Notes: generated by a model not told the origin, from the letters alone. A stretch of 32,000 bases of DNA from Candidatus Methylomirabilis limnetica (GCF_003044035.1 NZ_NVQC01000013.1:60001-92000); one strand, 5' to 3'; shown: positions 1 through 8,474, counted from the stretch's first letter. Numbers and translations are program-made.

Positions 1-1
1 A

Positions 2-1672
2 GAGGAAGTTCTCCAAGAGCTTCATGTCGAGGCGGAGCGCCGACGGGAGGCGCTTGAGGCCGTGACAACCGACCGCGATGCCTGGGAGGCCCGCTACCAA
101 CAGCTCTCCGCAGAATACGAGGCAGTGTCCCAAAGCCCTCTTCTGCAGTCCAAAATCCAGCACACAATCGAGCTCGAGCGTGAATTGGAGCAGAAGGAAA
201 AAGTCATCCAAGAGCTTCACGCCGAGACAGAGCGCCGACGGGAGGCACTCGAGGCCGTGACAACCGACCGCGATGCTTGGGAGGCCCGCTACCAGCAGAT
301 GGTCGCCGAAGCAGAGCGCCGATGGGAGGCGCTCGAGGCCGTGACGGCGAAATTGTATACCGTTGCTCAGGGGTCCTCTCCAATACCTTCGGGAAATCTG
401 GCGGCATCGGTTGAAGAAGCACCGGCGAGCCAAATAGGGAGAACTCTCGCAGGATCTCTTACGCAAGCCACAGTTACTCCGGTAGGCCCTCTGGTGTCGA
501 TTGTCACACCGTCGTATAACCAGGGCCGCTTTATTGAGGAGACGATCCTGAGTGTTCTCACTCAAGACTACCCCAATATCGAGTACATCGTGATTGATGG
601 CGCCTCAACCGACAATACCCTGGACATCCTCAAAAAGTATGAGGGACGGCTCACCTGGATCTCCGAGCCGGATCTGGGTCAGTCGCATGCCATCAATAAG
701 GGCTTCCGAATGGCCAAGGGTGAGATCCTGGCTTGGCTGAACTCTGATGATACCTATCTTCCCGGGGCGATCGGCAAAGTCGTACAACATTTCCAGGCGA
801 ATCCCGCGGCGATGATGGTCTATGGCGAGGGGTATCTCATCGACGAACACAGCCGGATTAAACAACGGTTTCCATATACAGAAGAGTTCAATCTGTGGAA
901 ACTTATTTATCTGTGGGATAACATCCTCCAGCAGACGGCCTTTTTTCGAGGCCAAATCTTCGATCATATCGATTTGCTGGACGAAAACCTTCACTACGGA
1001 ATGGATTGGGATCTCTGGATCAGGATCGGCAAGAAGTTCCGAGTCGATTACATCCCGGAGTATCTGGGCAATCTTCGCGAATACTCGGAAGCCAAGACCT
1101 TTTCTGGGGGTACCACGCGCTTTAATGAACTCGTGTCCTTAATGAGACGACACGGGACCATGCGATTTCCACCAGCGTATTTTACCTATGGTTTCGGTAC
1201 CTATAACAGAACTATGTTCGGCCGTCTGGCGCATCAATATCCACACGCGTACCGGTTCTTGTTTTCGATGCCCCGCCTGTTAGGTCAGCGCGTCTGCAGC
1301 CTGATAACACGCTATCTGGTGACCCATTCCCAGGGCTATTATAGTGACGGTTGGGCCACGCCGAAGGCCCATTTCCTACTGGTGAATCCCGGTCAGGCGT
1401 CTTATTTGAGACTTGAAGGCGAATGTATCAATTTGCGGCGCGGCTTCTACACCGTCATCCGTGCTCGAGCCAATGGTCGCCCTCTTGGAGACCCGATCAC
1501 CGTCTTTCCTGGACACTTCAAACTGGAATGGCCGATACCAGAAGAGATGCGATCTTCAGACATTTTTGAGGTGACGCTGCTCTCAACCCGCTGGCATCGC
1601 CCCCCACTAGCCGGAGCCAATACCGATCGGCGCAGGCTGTCCTATCGAGTTACGCGAATTGCTGCGGAGTAG
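2..1672 (+). CDS. Family-2 glycosyltransferase (GT-A fold) with N-terminal coiled-coil repeats and a C-terminal ~110-aa module; 5' end runs off the window
   Basis: The frame is open from nt 2 (EEVLQELHVEAERRREALEAV...), so the listed GTG at 62 is internal. GT2 signature VSIVTPSYNQGRFIEETILSVLTQDYPNIEYIVIDGASTDNT ... AWLNSDD. Stop at 1670-1672. Confidence 0.85.
   Translation, partial: EEVLQELHVEAERRREALEAVTTDRDAWEARYQQLSAEYEAVSQSPLLQSKIQHTIELERELEQKEKVIQELHAETERRREALEAVTTDRDAWEARYQQMVAEAERRWEALEAVTAKLYTVAQGSSPIPSGNLAASVEEAPASQIGRTLAGSLTQATVTPVGPLVSIVTPSYNQGRFIEETILSVLTQDYPNIEYIVIDGASTDNTLDILKKYEGRLTWISEPDLGQSHAINKGFRMAKGEILAWLNSDDTYLPGAIGKVVQHFQANPAAMMVYGEGYLIDEHSRIKQRFPYTEEFNLWKLIYLWDNILQQTAFFRGQIFDHIDLLDENLHYGMDWDLWIRIGKKFRVDYIPEYLGNLREYSEAKTFSGGTTRFNELVSLMRRHGTMRFPPAYFTYGFGTYNRTMFGRLAHQYPHAYRFLFSMPRLLGQRVCSLITRYLVTHSQGYYSDGWATPKAHFLLVNPGQASYLRLEGECINLRRGFYTVIRARANGRPLGDPITVFPGHFKLEWPIPEEMRSSDIFEVTLLSTRWHRPPLAGANTDRRRLSYRVTRIAAE
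11..307 (+). repeat. In-frame tandem coding repeat, period 195 nt (65 aa), two full units plus a partial third at 311-349
   Basis: nt 11-106 and 206-301 both encode QELH.E.ERRREALEAVTTDRDAWEARYQQ and are about 88% identical by hand alignment. Confidence 0.75.
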
Positions 1673-1702
1673 GCGATTGCTCGCAGGGCGCATCGCCATG
1701 AA
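1506..1702 (+). repeat. 197-bp direct repeat, copy A (GT2 3' end, 25-nt spacer, ATGAA)
   Basis: Aligns without gaps to 3124-3320. I counted 28 mismatches in 197 (about 86% identity). Confidence 0.85.
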
Positions 1703-2918
1703 TATTAAGCAGCCATTCGATCTATTCATCATTACGTGCGGCCGCGACATCAAGTTGCTGCGCCATTTTTTTCTCAGTTACGAGTTGTTCTTCCGGAATC
1801 CAGGAAAAATCCATCTCTTCATCTGGAAGAAAGAAGAACATCTTTTCGACCAAATCAATCGCCCGGGCAACCTCGTCATTCACTACAAGGATGCAGTAGA
1901 GGGTTTGGGTGAGGACGACTTTCGCAATCAGATGTATCTCAAGCTGATCAGCGATCAGTATGTCGAGACAAACTGGTACTGGGTGGTCGATTCGGATTAC
2001 TTGATTTGTTCACCGCTGGGGATCGAAGATTTCTTCCATGATGACAGCGCGTACTGGTTCTTCAGACCATGGAGTGGATTACCTGAGCAGTCATGGCGAA
2101 CTGGATCCGAGCGCTTTCTCGGAAAAGAGATTCCGTATCTGTTCATGGACGCACAGTCATACGTCTTGAATCGGGAGGTGCTACGCGATCTGCGTGCATC
2201 ATGTGACGTAAGCAGGATTTTGTCCTGCAAGCCTTTGCCTAGTGAGTTTGTAATCTACGGCGCCTTTGCATACAGTCAACATCACGAGAAATATCGCTGG
2301 GTCAATCTGGACCGTGACGCTACTCTTTGTGCTGCTTATGTAGTCAACCAGCGTCCCCCAACATATTGCGAACTGGATGAAGGCGTCAATTTATCTTCGA
2401 TTGGTAGCGCTAAGTATGCGGTGTTGTGGTCTCACTGGGATAAATCTGAGCAAAAAATGGTAGAATTTCTCATTGACGCACAGATTCGTGAATTTGGGGA
2501 AGTGCGAGTTGAGCCCGACGCTCAACCTCTTTATCTTGAACTCCAAACCAGCAGCTTGTCACGCGATGACTTCATTGCTATCGGCGGAGCATATTCGGAC
2601 GGCTGGGTAAAAGCAGAGTCGGTTTTCCGTCTTACAGTTCTTATGCCCTGCGAACTCGTACTCAAGCTTAAAGTACCGTTGTGTTTGTTACATAACACCA
2701 CGAGGTTATCTCTTCAGACAGACGCTACCGTTCGAAATTTTACGCTCACCAGGAGAAATCACATCTTACGCATTCCTCTTAAGTCAGACGTCGATAACAT
2801 TGTTCGTTTACATTTCTCTGGGGGGATGCCAGAACCTGACGGGGGGCGAAGATTGTACGCTCAACTTACCCAAATGTTTGTACAGCCATATGGCTGGAAC
2901 CCACTGCGGCGAACCTAA
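1698..2918 (+). CDS. Hypothetical protein, possible nucleotide-sugar transferase; carries the same C-terminal module as its neighbours
   Basis: 406-aa ORF from ATG 1698 (MNIKQPFDLFIITCGRD...). This ATG sits at the position occupied by the methyltransferase ATG in repeat copy B. The gene is visibly AT-richer than its flanks. It has a DxD-like VVDSDY motif and the tail AYSDGW...GGRRLYAQLTQMFV. No family was recognised with certainty. Confidence 0.6.
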   Translation: MNIKQPFDLFIITCGRDIKLLRHFFLSYELFFRNPGKIHLFIWKKEEHLFDQINRPGNLVIHYKDAVEGLGEDDFRNQMYLKLISDQYVETNWYWVVDSDYLICSPLGIEDFFHDDSAYWFFRPWSGLPEQSWRTGSERFLGKEIPYLFMDAQSYVLNREVLRDLRASCDVSRILSCKPLPSEFVIYGAFAYSQHHEKYRWVNLDRDATLCAAYVVNQRPPTYCELDEGVNLSSIGSAKYAVLWSHWDKSEQKMVEFLIDAQIREFGEVRVEPDAQPLYLELQTSSLSRDDFIAIGGAYSDGWVKAESVFRLTVLMPCELVLKLKVPLCLLHNTTRLSLQTDATVRNFTLTRRNHILRIPLKSDVDNIVRLHFSGGMPEPDGGRRLYAQLTQMFVQPYGWNPLRRT

Positions 2919-2930
2919 AGGATTTTAAGT

Positions 2931-3290
2931 ATGGTTGCGTTTTCAATCACACTTTGTTTATGCCTGTATTTCGCGATTGTTGGTTATGCGATCTTGCGGG
3001 TTGTTCCATCGAGGCTTAAACCTGCGCTCAACTTGCTAATCGCCCCAGCAATCGGTGTGTGCGCAATACTGTTGCCGGTTTTCTACCTGAACCGGTTCGG
3101 TATACCAGTGAAGAGTTTTTCGGTTCCAGGAAGCTTTAAACTGGAATGGGTGATCCCGCAAGAGATGCGATCGTCGGACCTTTTTGAGGTTGCGCTGCTC
3201 TCAGCCCGCTGGCATCGCCCCTCACTGGCCGGAGTCAATACCGATCGGCGCAGGTTGTCCTATCGAGTTATACGGATTGCCGCGGGGTAG
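2931..3290 (+). pseudogene. Chimeric ORF: about 63 aa of transmembrane N-terminus fused to a duplicate of the GT2 C-terminal 55 aa
   Basis: MVAFSITLCLCLYFAIVGYAILRV... is hydrophobic. From about 3124 the ORF reads FKLEWVIPQEMRSSDLFEVALLSARWHRPSLAGVNTDRRRLSYRVIRIAAG, which parallels residues 483-536 of the first ORF. Confidence 0.6.
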
Positions 3291-3320
3291 GCGATTGTTC
3301 ACAAGGTGCATCGCCATGAA
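3124..3320 (+). repeat. 197-bp direct repeat, copy B
   Basis: See copy A at 1506-1702. It ends at the same ATGAA, after which the two copies diverge completely. Confidence 0.85.
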
Positions 3321-3508
3321 CGAGGCCGGAGGCAATCGGGCAGAAGACGCACGCCAGCGTTACCTAACGGCACGTCGTGAGCACTGGGACGCGTTTGCCC
3401 GCCGCCTGGATTATTGGGCGGGGTGGGATCGGTATTATCACCGGCGGCTTGGGCAGATCTATCAATTTCTGGTGGCCCCCGGGCAACGAGTGCTCGAGAT
3501 CGGCTGTG
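3316..3508 (+). pseudogene. Class I SAM-dependent methyltransferase, 5' fragment truncated inside motif I
   Basis: MNEAGGNRAEDARQRYLTARREHWDAFARRLDYWAGWDRYYHRRLGQIYQFLVAPGQRVLEIGC. The reading then breaks at about 3508 into sequence antisense to an IS3 orfB. Confidence 0.7.
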
Positions 3509-3729
3509 TACACCTGCGCCGGCGCAAGGTCTGCGAACCGATCGTCGTTGAGCATGGAGAGCACCATCTTCCGCTCGTCGGGCGGCAGGGCCCGGAGGAC
3601 TTGCCGCGGAGGCCTGGGAACCTCTATCTGCGGCTTCTGCCGCCGGTAGAAGGTCGCCCGCACCACGGACAGGGCCACGCACGCCGGGGCGATCCCCACC
3701 ACCGTCCTCTGTTGAGCCACCACCGCCAT
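3509..3729 (-). pseudogene. IS3-family orfB (integrase-type transposase), N-terminal fragment
   Basis: MAVVAQQRTVVGIAPACVALSVVRATFYRRQKP...DDRFADLAPAQVYT parallels MMQTVATVKDRLGVAPTCAAMGLARASFYRRQRP...EPRFADLAPAQVYT of the intact copy. Homology stops at about 3509. Confidence 0.75.
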
Positions 3730-3751
3730 CAATCCGTCTCTCTGTTCCGCT

Positions 3752-4043
3752 TCAGCTCGATCCCCAGCAGCTCCGAGACTTTTTTTGGACCTCGAGCAGC
3801 GCTTCGGCGCGCTCGGCACTGGCCTTCAGCCGCCGGCTCTCCTTCTCCAGCGCCGCCACCTTCGCCGCCAGCGGGTTCTTCTCCTTCGATGCAGGACCCC
3901 GCTTGGCGGGGGAGAGCCTCGTGAGATTCCCCGCACGCTGCTGCTTGCGCCAGATGCACAGGTGGGAGGTGTGCAGCCCCTCCCGCCGTAGCATGCCGCC
4001 GGATCTCCCCGGGCTTTGTATAGCCCATCGGCCTCATGCAGGA
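3752..4043 (-). pseudogene. IS3-family orfA, C-terminal part (frameshifted)
   Basis: MLRREGLHTSHLCIWRKQQRAGNL...LEKESRRLKASAERAEALLEVQKK parallels LLRREGLYSSHLTVWRAARERGEI...LERETRRLQARLERAEALVDLQKK. The upstream KPGEI lies in another frame. Confidence 0.7.
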
Positions 4044-5422
4044 GAGGTCGTGTCAAGAGGTGTGCAAAAAGAAGTTAGGCGGCAACCTCCCAGGCTCGCT
4101 CCATGACGCGCACGCCATTCACGAATGTGACGCCGTGATAGACCTCCGCCAGCAACTCCGGGGCGTTCAGTCGACGGAATCGCCCCTGGGCGACCAGCAG
4201 CATCTTCCAGATGACTGCTGTGGCGTTCTCGACTTGCTTGAAGCGTTTCGCTGCATCGGTCCGCAGCCGCAAGGCCGCAAAGGGCGACTCGATCGGGTTG
4301 CTCGTCCGCAGGTGGATCCAATGGGCCTTCGGGAACTGGTAGAACGTGAGCATCCGCTCCCAGTCCCGATCGAGCACCAGCGCAGCCGCCTCGAGTCCCT
4401 GCTGCCGACACCAGTGCTGGTAGACCGCCTTCAGCCGCTCCGCCTCCTGCTGGGTGGCCGCGTAAGGAATCTGCGTGAGCAGGAGCCGGGCGTGCGCCTG
4501 CCGTGTCTTCGGCACCTTGTCGAGCGCGTTACAGAGTCGGTGATTCCAGCACCGCTGCTCCTTGGCCTCGGGGTACACGTTGCGCAAGCCGGCCCAGATC
4601 CCGAGATGCCCATCGCCCACGACCAGCTTGGGCGCCGACAGGCCGCGCGCCTTCAGGTCCCGCAGGACGTCCGACCAGCTCTCGGTCGATTCCCGATGTC
4701 CGGGGACGAGCGCGAGGAGCTCCTTGCGTCCGTCGCTCAAGCCCGCGAGCACCACCAGCACCGCCGCCTTCTCGCGCTCCAGCCCGGCCTTCACGTAGAC
4801 ACCGTCCACCCAGAGGTAGACGACCTGCAGGTCTGCGAGGCTGCGGCTCGCCCATTGCTGCCGCTCGGCGTCCCACTGCGCCTTCAGCCGTGCCACCGTC
4901 GTGGCCGAGAGCGGCGCCTCCTCCCCGAGCAGGCCCCGCAGCGCCAGATCGAAGTCGCCCAGGGCGAGGCCGTGCAGGTACAGCTCAGGCAGCAGCGCGT
5001 TGACCTCCGGTGTCCGCCGCGCGAACAGGGGCAGCAGACGGCTCTCAAACCGCGGCTGCAGTCCTCGGACCCTAGGTCGTCGGAGCGTGACTGTGCCGTT
5101 ACACAACGTCAGCCGTCGGGGCTTGCCGTGTCCGCTGCGGTAACCTGGCGCAGCATCCACAGCCTGGCGCCGCTCCGACTTACGGCGGCCCAGCAACTCG
5201 TCCATTTCCGCTTCAAGCAGCTCTTGCAGCCACTCGCGCATCTTGCTTCGCAGGCACGTTTCCAGGTCGTTCCATGTTACCCTTGACTCCGCGGTTGATT
5301 CTGTGGTCTGCTTCGGCATGGCGGTGTTCTCCTCTCACTGACCGGGTGTCAGCCCGGTGGGTTCGTAGATCACCCGAGAGGGTACACCGCCTTTCCTCTA
5401 TTTGCACACCTTTTGAATATAG
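4044..5422 (-). mobile_element. IS256-family insertion sequence (about 1.38 kb) nested in the IS3 orfA
   Basis: Imperfect terminal inverted repeats: TCAAGAGGTGTGCAAAAAGAAG at the left end versus the reverse complement of the right end, TCAAAAGGTGTGCAAATAGAGG. Flanked by the direct repeat CTCATGCAGGA (4033-4043) / CTCACGCAGGA (5423-5433). Removing the element rejoins the IS3 orfA reading ...ILRE/ADGL.... Confidence 0.8.
4075..5319 (-). CDS. IS256-family (Mutator-type) transposase, apparently intact
   Basis: 414-aa ORF with LLEAEMDELLGRRKSERR...GYRSGHGKPRRLTLCNGTVTLRRPRVRG...WVDGVYVK...RCWNHRLCNAL, a typical IS256 transposase layout. Confidence 0.9.
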   Translation of the reverse strand: MPKQTTESTAESRVTWNDLETCLRSKMREWLQELLEAEMDELLGRRKSERRQAVDAAPGYRSGHGKPRRLTLCNGTVTLRRPRVRGLQPRFESRLLPLFARRTPEVNALLPELYLHGLALGDFDLALRGLLGEEAPLSATTVARLKAQWDAERQQWASRSLADLQVVYLWVDGVYVKAGLEREKAAVLVVLAGLSDGRKELLALVPGHRESTESWSDVLRDLKARGLSAPKLVVGDGHLGIWAGLRNVYPEAKEQRCWNHRLCNALDKVPKTRQAHARLLLTQIPYAATQQEAERLKAVYQHWCRQQGLEAAALVLDRDWERMLTFYQFPKAHWIHLRTSNPIESPFAALRLRTDAAKRFKQVENATAVIWKMLLVAQGRFRRLNAPELLAEVYHGVTFVNGVRVMERAWEVAA

Positions 5423-5587
5423 CTCACGCAGGATCCTGAGCTTGTACTCGACCGTAAACCGCCACCGCGTGGGCTTCGCCGCCACCTCCGGATCAGGTAC
5501 CGGCGTCAGCGACGCCGCGCCCGCCGGCAAGCCCTCGCCGCGCCGCGCGCTCAACTTCTCTACAGTCGCCTCAGCTCCCGTCGTCAT
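5423..5587 (-). pseudogene. IS3-family orfA, N-terminal part
   Basis: MTTGAEATVEKLS...TRWRFTVEYKLRILRE parallels ...AARRRFSAEYKRRILKE of the intact copy. Confidence 0.7.
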
Positions 5588-5702
5588 CCCTAGTCTTACT
5601 CATGTTTCCCTTCTCTCCTCGCCCCCCTATACTAATTTCCGAGGAGTCGGTGTCTCATCGATCATAGACAAAGAGAGTGGCTGAGAAAGCTGTGATAGTT
5701 CC

Positions 5703-8474
5703 ATGAAAATAATACTAGTTCTATTAGGAATGCTGCTCACTTGTGGGCTGTCCGGGGCACTTCTGGTATTTACGTTTCGTGCAAACGACAATTCAAAAAG
5801 ACTCGTATTACATATTGGCTACGCCTATATATTGATTGCGTTTTATGTTTTGTACATGCAATTTAATTCTGCGTTTATCGCTACTGTGTTCACGGTGGCA
5901 TTGCCATTTATTTTGGCAGCACTAAGTCTACTAGCGCGTGGTTTAAAGTTCTGGGCAGGAACCAGAGTGACAGCACATCCCTCAAGCAAGACGGTTACCC
6001 GCATCCCGGGTAGGTTTTCATACCCTGTGGCAGCCAGTTTAGTCGTTGTTCTCTTGGCTGCTTGGCCGTATTTATTTTCAGGCTGGGGAGCTTATTGGCA
6101 TTCTGGAAATTACGACATGGAGGATGGCCTCAATGGGAGGGATGCCTATGTTACTAATCTGATAGCTGATACGCACTCATTCGATATGGGAGAAATTATC
6201 GGAGATAGGTCTTGGTATGACTTTGCCAAGGTTACAGGCACGTTGGCAAAAAAGGCGCGGGAGGCTGATTCGTACAAGGCGTGGTACGCCGGCGATGGAT
6301 TTCGTTTCCAATACAGCAGCCTTGCCTTCTGGTCCGTTCTTTTTGATGAATACCATGGGATTGATGTGCTGTTGATACAAGCAATCCTTAATTTGATTCT
6401 AATAACGGTTGGTATTTTCTATCTGTCCAGGCATGCTTTCTCCATGACACCTGCAGCTTCGGCGGCGGCATCAGTGATTTCAGCGAGCAGCACTTTTTAC
6501 TTAACAATTTTTTTTGCCGGGCATGTGGGTTCATTGATGTATGGAGCACTGATACCGGCACTGCTTTATCTGGTGCTAGCCAAAGATGATGCCAATCTGG
6601 ACATTAAACATAAACCGATTTTCGGTGGGTTAATCGTAGGTGCAATTGCATTCTCTTACCCCCACCCGCTGGCGATCCTTGGTTTGCCGTTATTGGTCTA
6701 CTGGTTATCATCTCTGGAATCGTTTCGTAGCCGCGTTACAGTCATTCGATCGGCAATTGAAAGAAATCCGCGCATTCTGTACATAACCATTCTCGTTTTT
6801 GCACTCGTAGTTATGATTGCACTGACAGGGTTGTGGTATGTAACCGAGGGATACAGGCTGAGACAGGATGGGCAGTACCGTGCATGGAGTTTCACCCATT
6901 GCTGGCTGATTGTTCCGCTTTTTCTTGGGCTGATACCTTCCCCCATGGAAGGGTCAATATTTGTTGGAAGTATTCTCGGTAAGACCGCTTACTTGGTGTT
7001 TATCCTGCTCTCGTCTTTGATAGCAGGAATACTGTTGGTTAGTTATTTCAAAACGAAAACTCTGAAAAATTCTGGATTTTTCCTGATATTCGGTCTTTTT
7101 TGGATTGTGGCGTATTTTGTGTTCAGATACTTCATCGTTGATAGTTATTACCTCTACAAATTTCTATACATCCATCAATTCATCTTCGTGATTGGCATCG
7201 TTGGTTACGTGTTTCACACGAAGTCGCGCGCTATTAAATTGCTTTGTGCCACTATCATCCTGGCTAACTTTGGTTCTGACTTGTACATGGCGTACGGGAT
7301 TTATCGCCGTCCGTATAACCAGAACGCGGAGCGCTACACGAGCTTGCTTCAACTTGACCGTACTTTATTGCAGAAGTCGTTTGTTGAGCTAACTGGAGGT
7401 GATGGAGTTTCAGTGCGGCAAACGCTGAAGGCACATGGTGTAGAGACGATACGTGATCCACGATTTGCAGATTACTTTATTGTCCCGTCCGGGCGCGAAT
7501 CAGACATTACTGGTGCTCAATTCACCGAAACAGTAGCTGAAATAGGTGGCCTTGCCATCAAGCGCGCCATAGCGAAAAATTACCTGATGATCCGCACATG
7601 GTTCGACCCCGAGCGGTTTTCTGCTGATCCTGTTTTGAAAAATACTGTGTTCCGGTGGATGGGGCATAGAAAAAATGACAATCTTGGCATCTATGTCATT
7701 CGTCCTAGTTCGGCTGATGAGATGCGGGATAACTACCTCAGAATCTGCTTTCAGAAAGGCCCAAGTGCAGAAGGGGCCATCAATATGGTCGTGTCTGCGG
7801 CTGGGAAGGAGGTTCTCAGCAAGTTCACGTTGGACGGTGGTGGCGTGTATTGCAAATGGATTCCATCTAAGCGGGTTGTGAGTGCCGAGCAGCCACTGGT
7901 TATTCGATCTGGGGCAAAGGGAAACAGTTTGCTCCCTCATGATGACAGAGTATTGCTGTATCGAGTTTTTGCGGTTGGCTGGTCGGATCGAATATATGAC
8001 GACAGGGCAATGACTTTCTTTAATGCAACTGAGGACATCGTCAAGGACAATCCCAAGAAAGCCGAAGACGGATTCACGCCTAGTGTTGCCCTTCACTTGG
8101 GGCAGGGTTGGGAGGCCTATGAAAACTTTGGTGGAGAGCATTTTCGCTGGGCGGGTCGCTCCACCGAACTCCTTCTGACGGGGGGCAACAATGACGGAGT
8201 AGCTAATGTTGTGCTTGATTTGGAACCGGGACCGAGCCACGGCAGTAGTCCTTTAAAGCTTGAAGTATTGGATAAAGATGGAAGCCTAGTTTTCACCAGT
8301 ACTACAATTACCGGCCGCAACACAGTCATGCTGCCTTTGAACTATCGCAAACAGCAGACTTCTGTGTACACATTAAGAACAAAAAGCGACAATCTACCAA
8401 TTTCTGGCGATCCCAGAGTACTTAACTATCGGGTGTTCAGCCTAGTACTATGTAACGTTTACAGTTGCGGATAA
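5703..8474 (+). CDS. Large polytopic membrane protein (about 14-16 predicted TM segments) with a soluble C-terminal half carrying two copies of the FRW...D.RVL.YRVF module; putative GT-C-type glycosyltransferase
   Basis: 923-aa ORF, markedly AT-richer than its surroundings. It has long hydrophobic stretches through about aa 530, then soluble sequence. The last 8 codons and the stop lie inside the IS630 end (see findings). The function is inferred from architecture and gene context only. Confidence 0.7.
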   Translation: MKIILVLLGMLLTCGLSGALLVFTFRANDNSKRLVLHIGYAYILIAFYVLYMQFNSAFIATVFTVALPFILAALSLLARGLKFWAGTRVTAHPSSKTVTRIPGRFSYPVAASLVVVLLAAWPYLFSGWGAYWHSGNYDMEDGLNGRDAYVTNLIADTHSFDMGEIIGDRSWYDFAKVTGTLAKKAREADSYKAWYAGDGFRFQYSSLAFWSVLFDEYHGIDVLLIQAILNLILITVGIFYLSRHAFSMTPAASAAASVISASSTFYLTIFFAGHVGSLMYGALIPALLYLVLAKDDANLDIKHKPIFGGLIVGAIAFSYPHPLAILGLPLLVYWLSSLESFRSRVTVIRSAIERNPRILYITILVFALVVMIALTGLWYVTEGYRLRQDGQYRAWSFTHCWLIVPLFLGLIPSPMEGSIFVGSILGKTAYLVFILLSSLIAGILLVSYFKTKTLKNSGFFLIFGLFWIVAYFVFRYFIVDSYYLYKFLYIHQFIFVIGIVGYVFHTKSRAIKLLCATIILANFGSDLYMAYGIYRRPYNQNAERYTSLLQLDRTLLQKSFVELTGGDGVSVRQTLKAHGVETIRDPRFADYFIVPSGRESDITGAQFTETVAEIGGLAIKRAIAKNYLMIRTWFDPERFSADPVLKNTVFRWMGHRKNDNLGIYVIRPSSADEMRDNYLRICFQKGPSAEGAINMVVSAAGKEVLSKFTLDGGGVYCKWIPSKRVVSAEQPLVIRSGAKGNSLLPHDDRVLLYRVFAVGWSDRIYDDRAMTFFNATEDIVKDNPKKAEDGFTPSVALHLGQGWEAYENFGGEHFRWAGRSTELLLTGGNNDGVANVVLDLEPGPSHGSSPLKLEVLDKDGSLVFTSTTITGRNTVMLPLNYRKQQTSVYTLRTKSDNLPISGDPRVLNYRVFSLVLCNVYSCG

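Larger units (their letters stand above)
3509..5657 (-). mobile_element. IS3-family element, degenerate: orfB truncated after about 75 codons, orfA frameshifted and split by an IS256 insertion
   Basis: Terminal TGAGACACCGAC (reverse complement of 5646-5657) matches the IRL TGAGACAGTGAC of the intact IS3 copy at 8879. orfA and orfB pieces are homologous to 8937-10438. The A7 slippery run is retained near 3781-3787. Confidence 0.7.

Noticed and set aside
3184-3924. 246-aa plus-strand ORF
   Set aside because: Artificial fusion of the repeat copy B tail, the real methyltransferase stub (3316-3508) and the antisense of IS3 orfB and orfA. Only the stub is retained.
4036-5286. 416-aa plus-strand ORF
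   Set aside because: It lies exactly antisense to the well-supported IS256 transposase. The composition is Arg/Pro/Leu-rich and typical of a shadow frame in GC-rich DNA. No recognisable motifs.
5667-5681. GACAAAGAGAGTGGC next to the outer end of the degenerate IS3 matches GACAAAGAGAGTCGC (10427-10441) inside the intact IS3 orfB 3' end at 14 of 15 positions
   Set aside because: It may be a sliver of a third IS3 copy. However, similarity does not extend beyond 15 nt on either side, which is too short to call.
7500-8240. 246-aa minus-strand ORF inside the 923-aa gene
   Set aside because: It is antisense to a much longer ORF that has coherent membrane and soluble architecture. It has no motifs.
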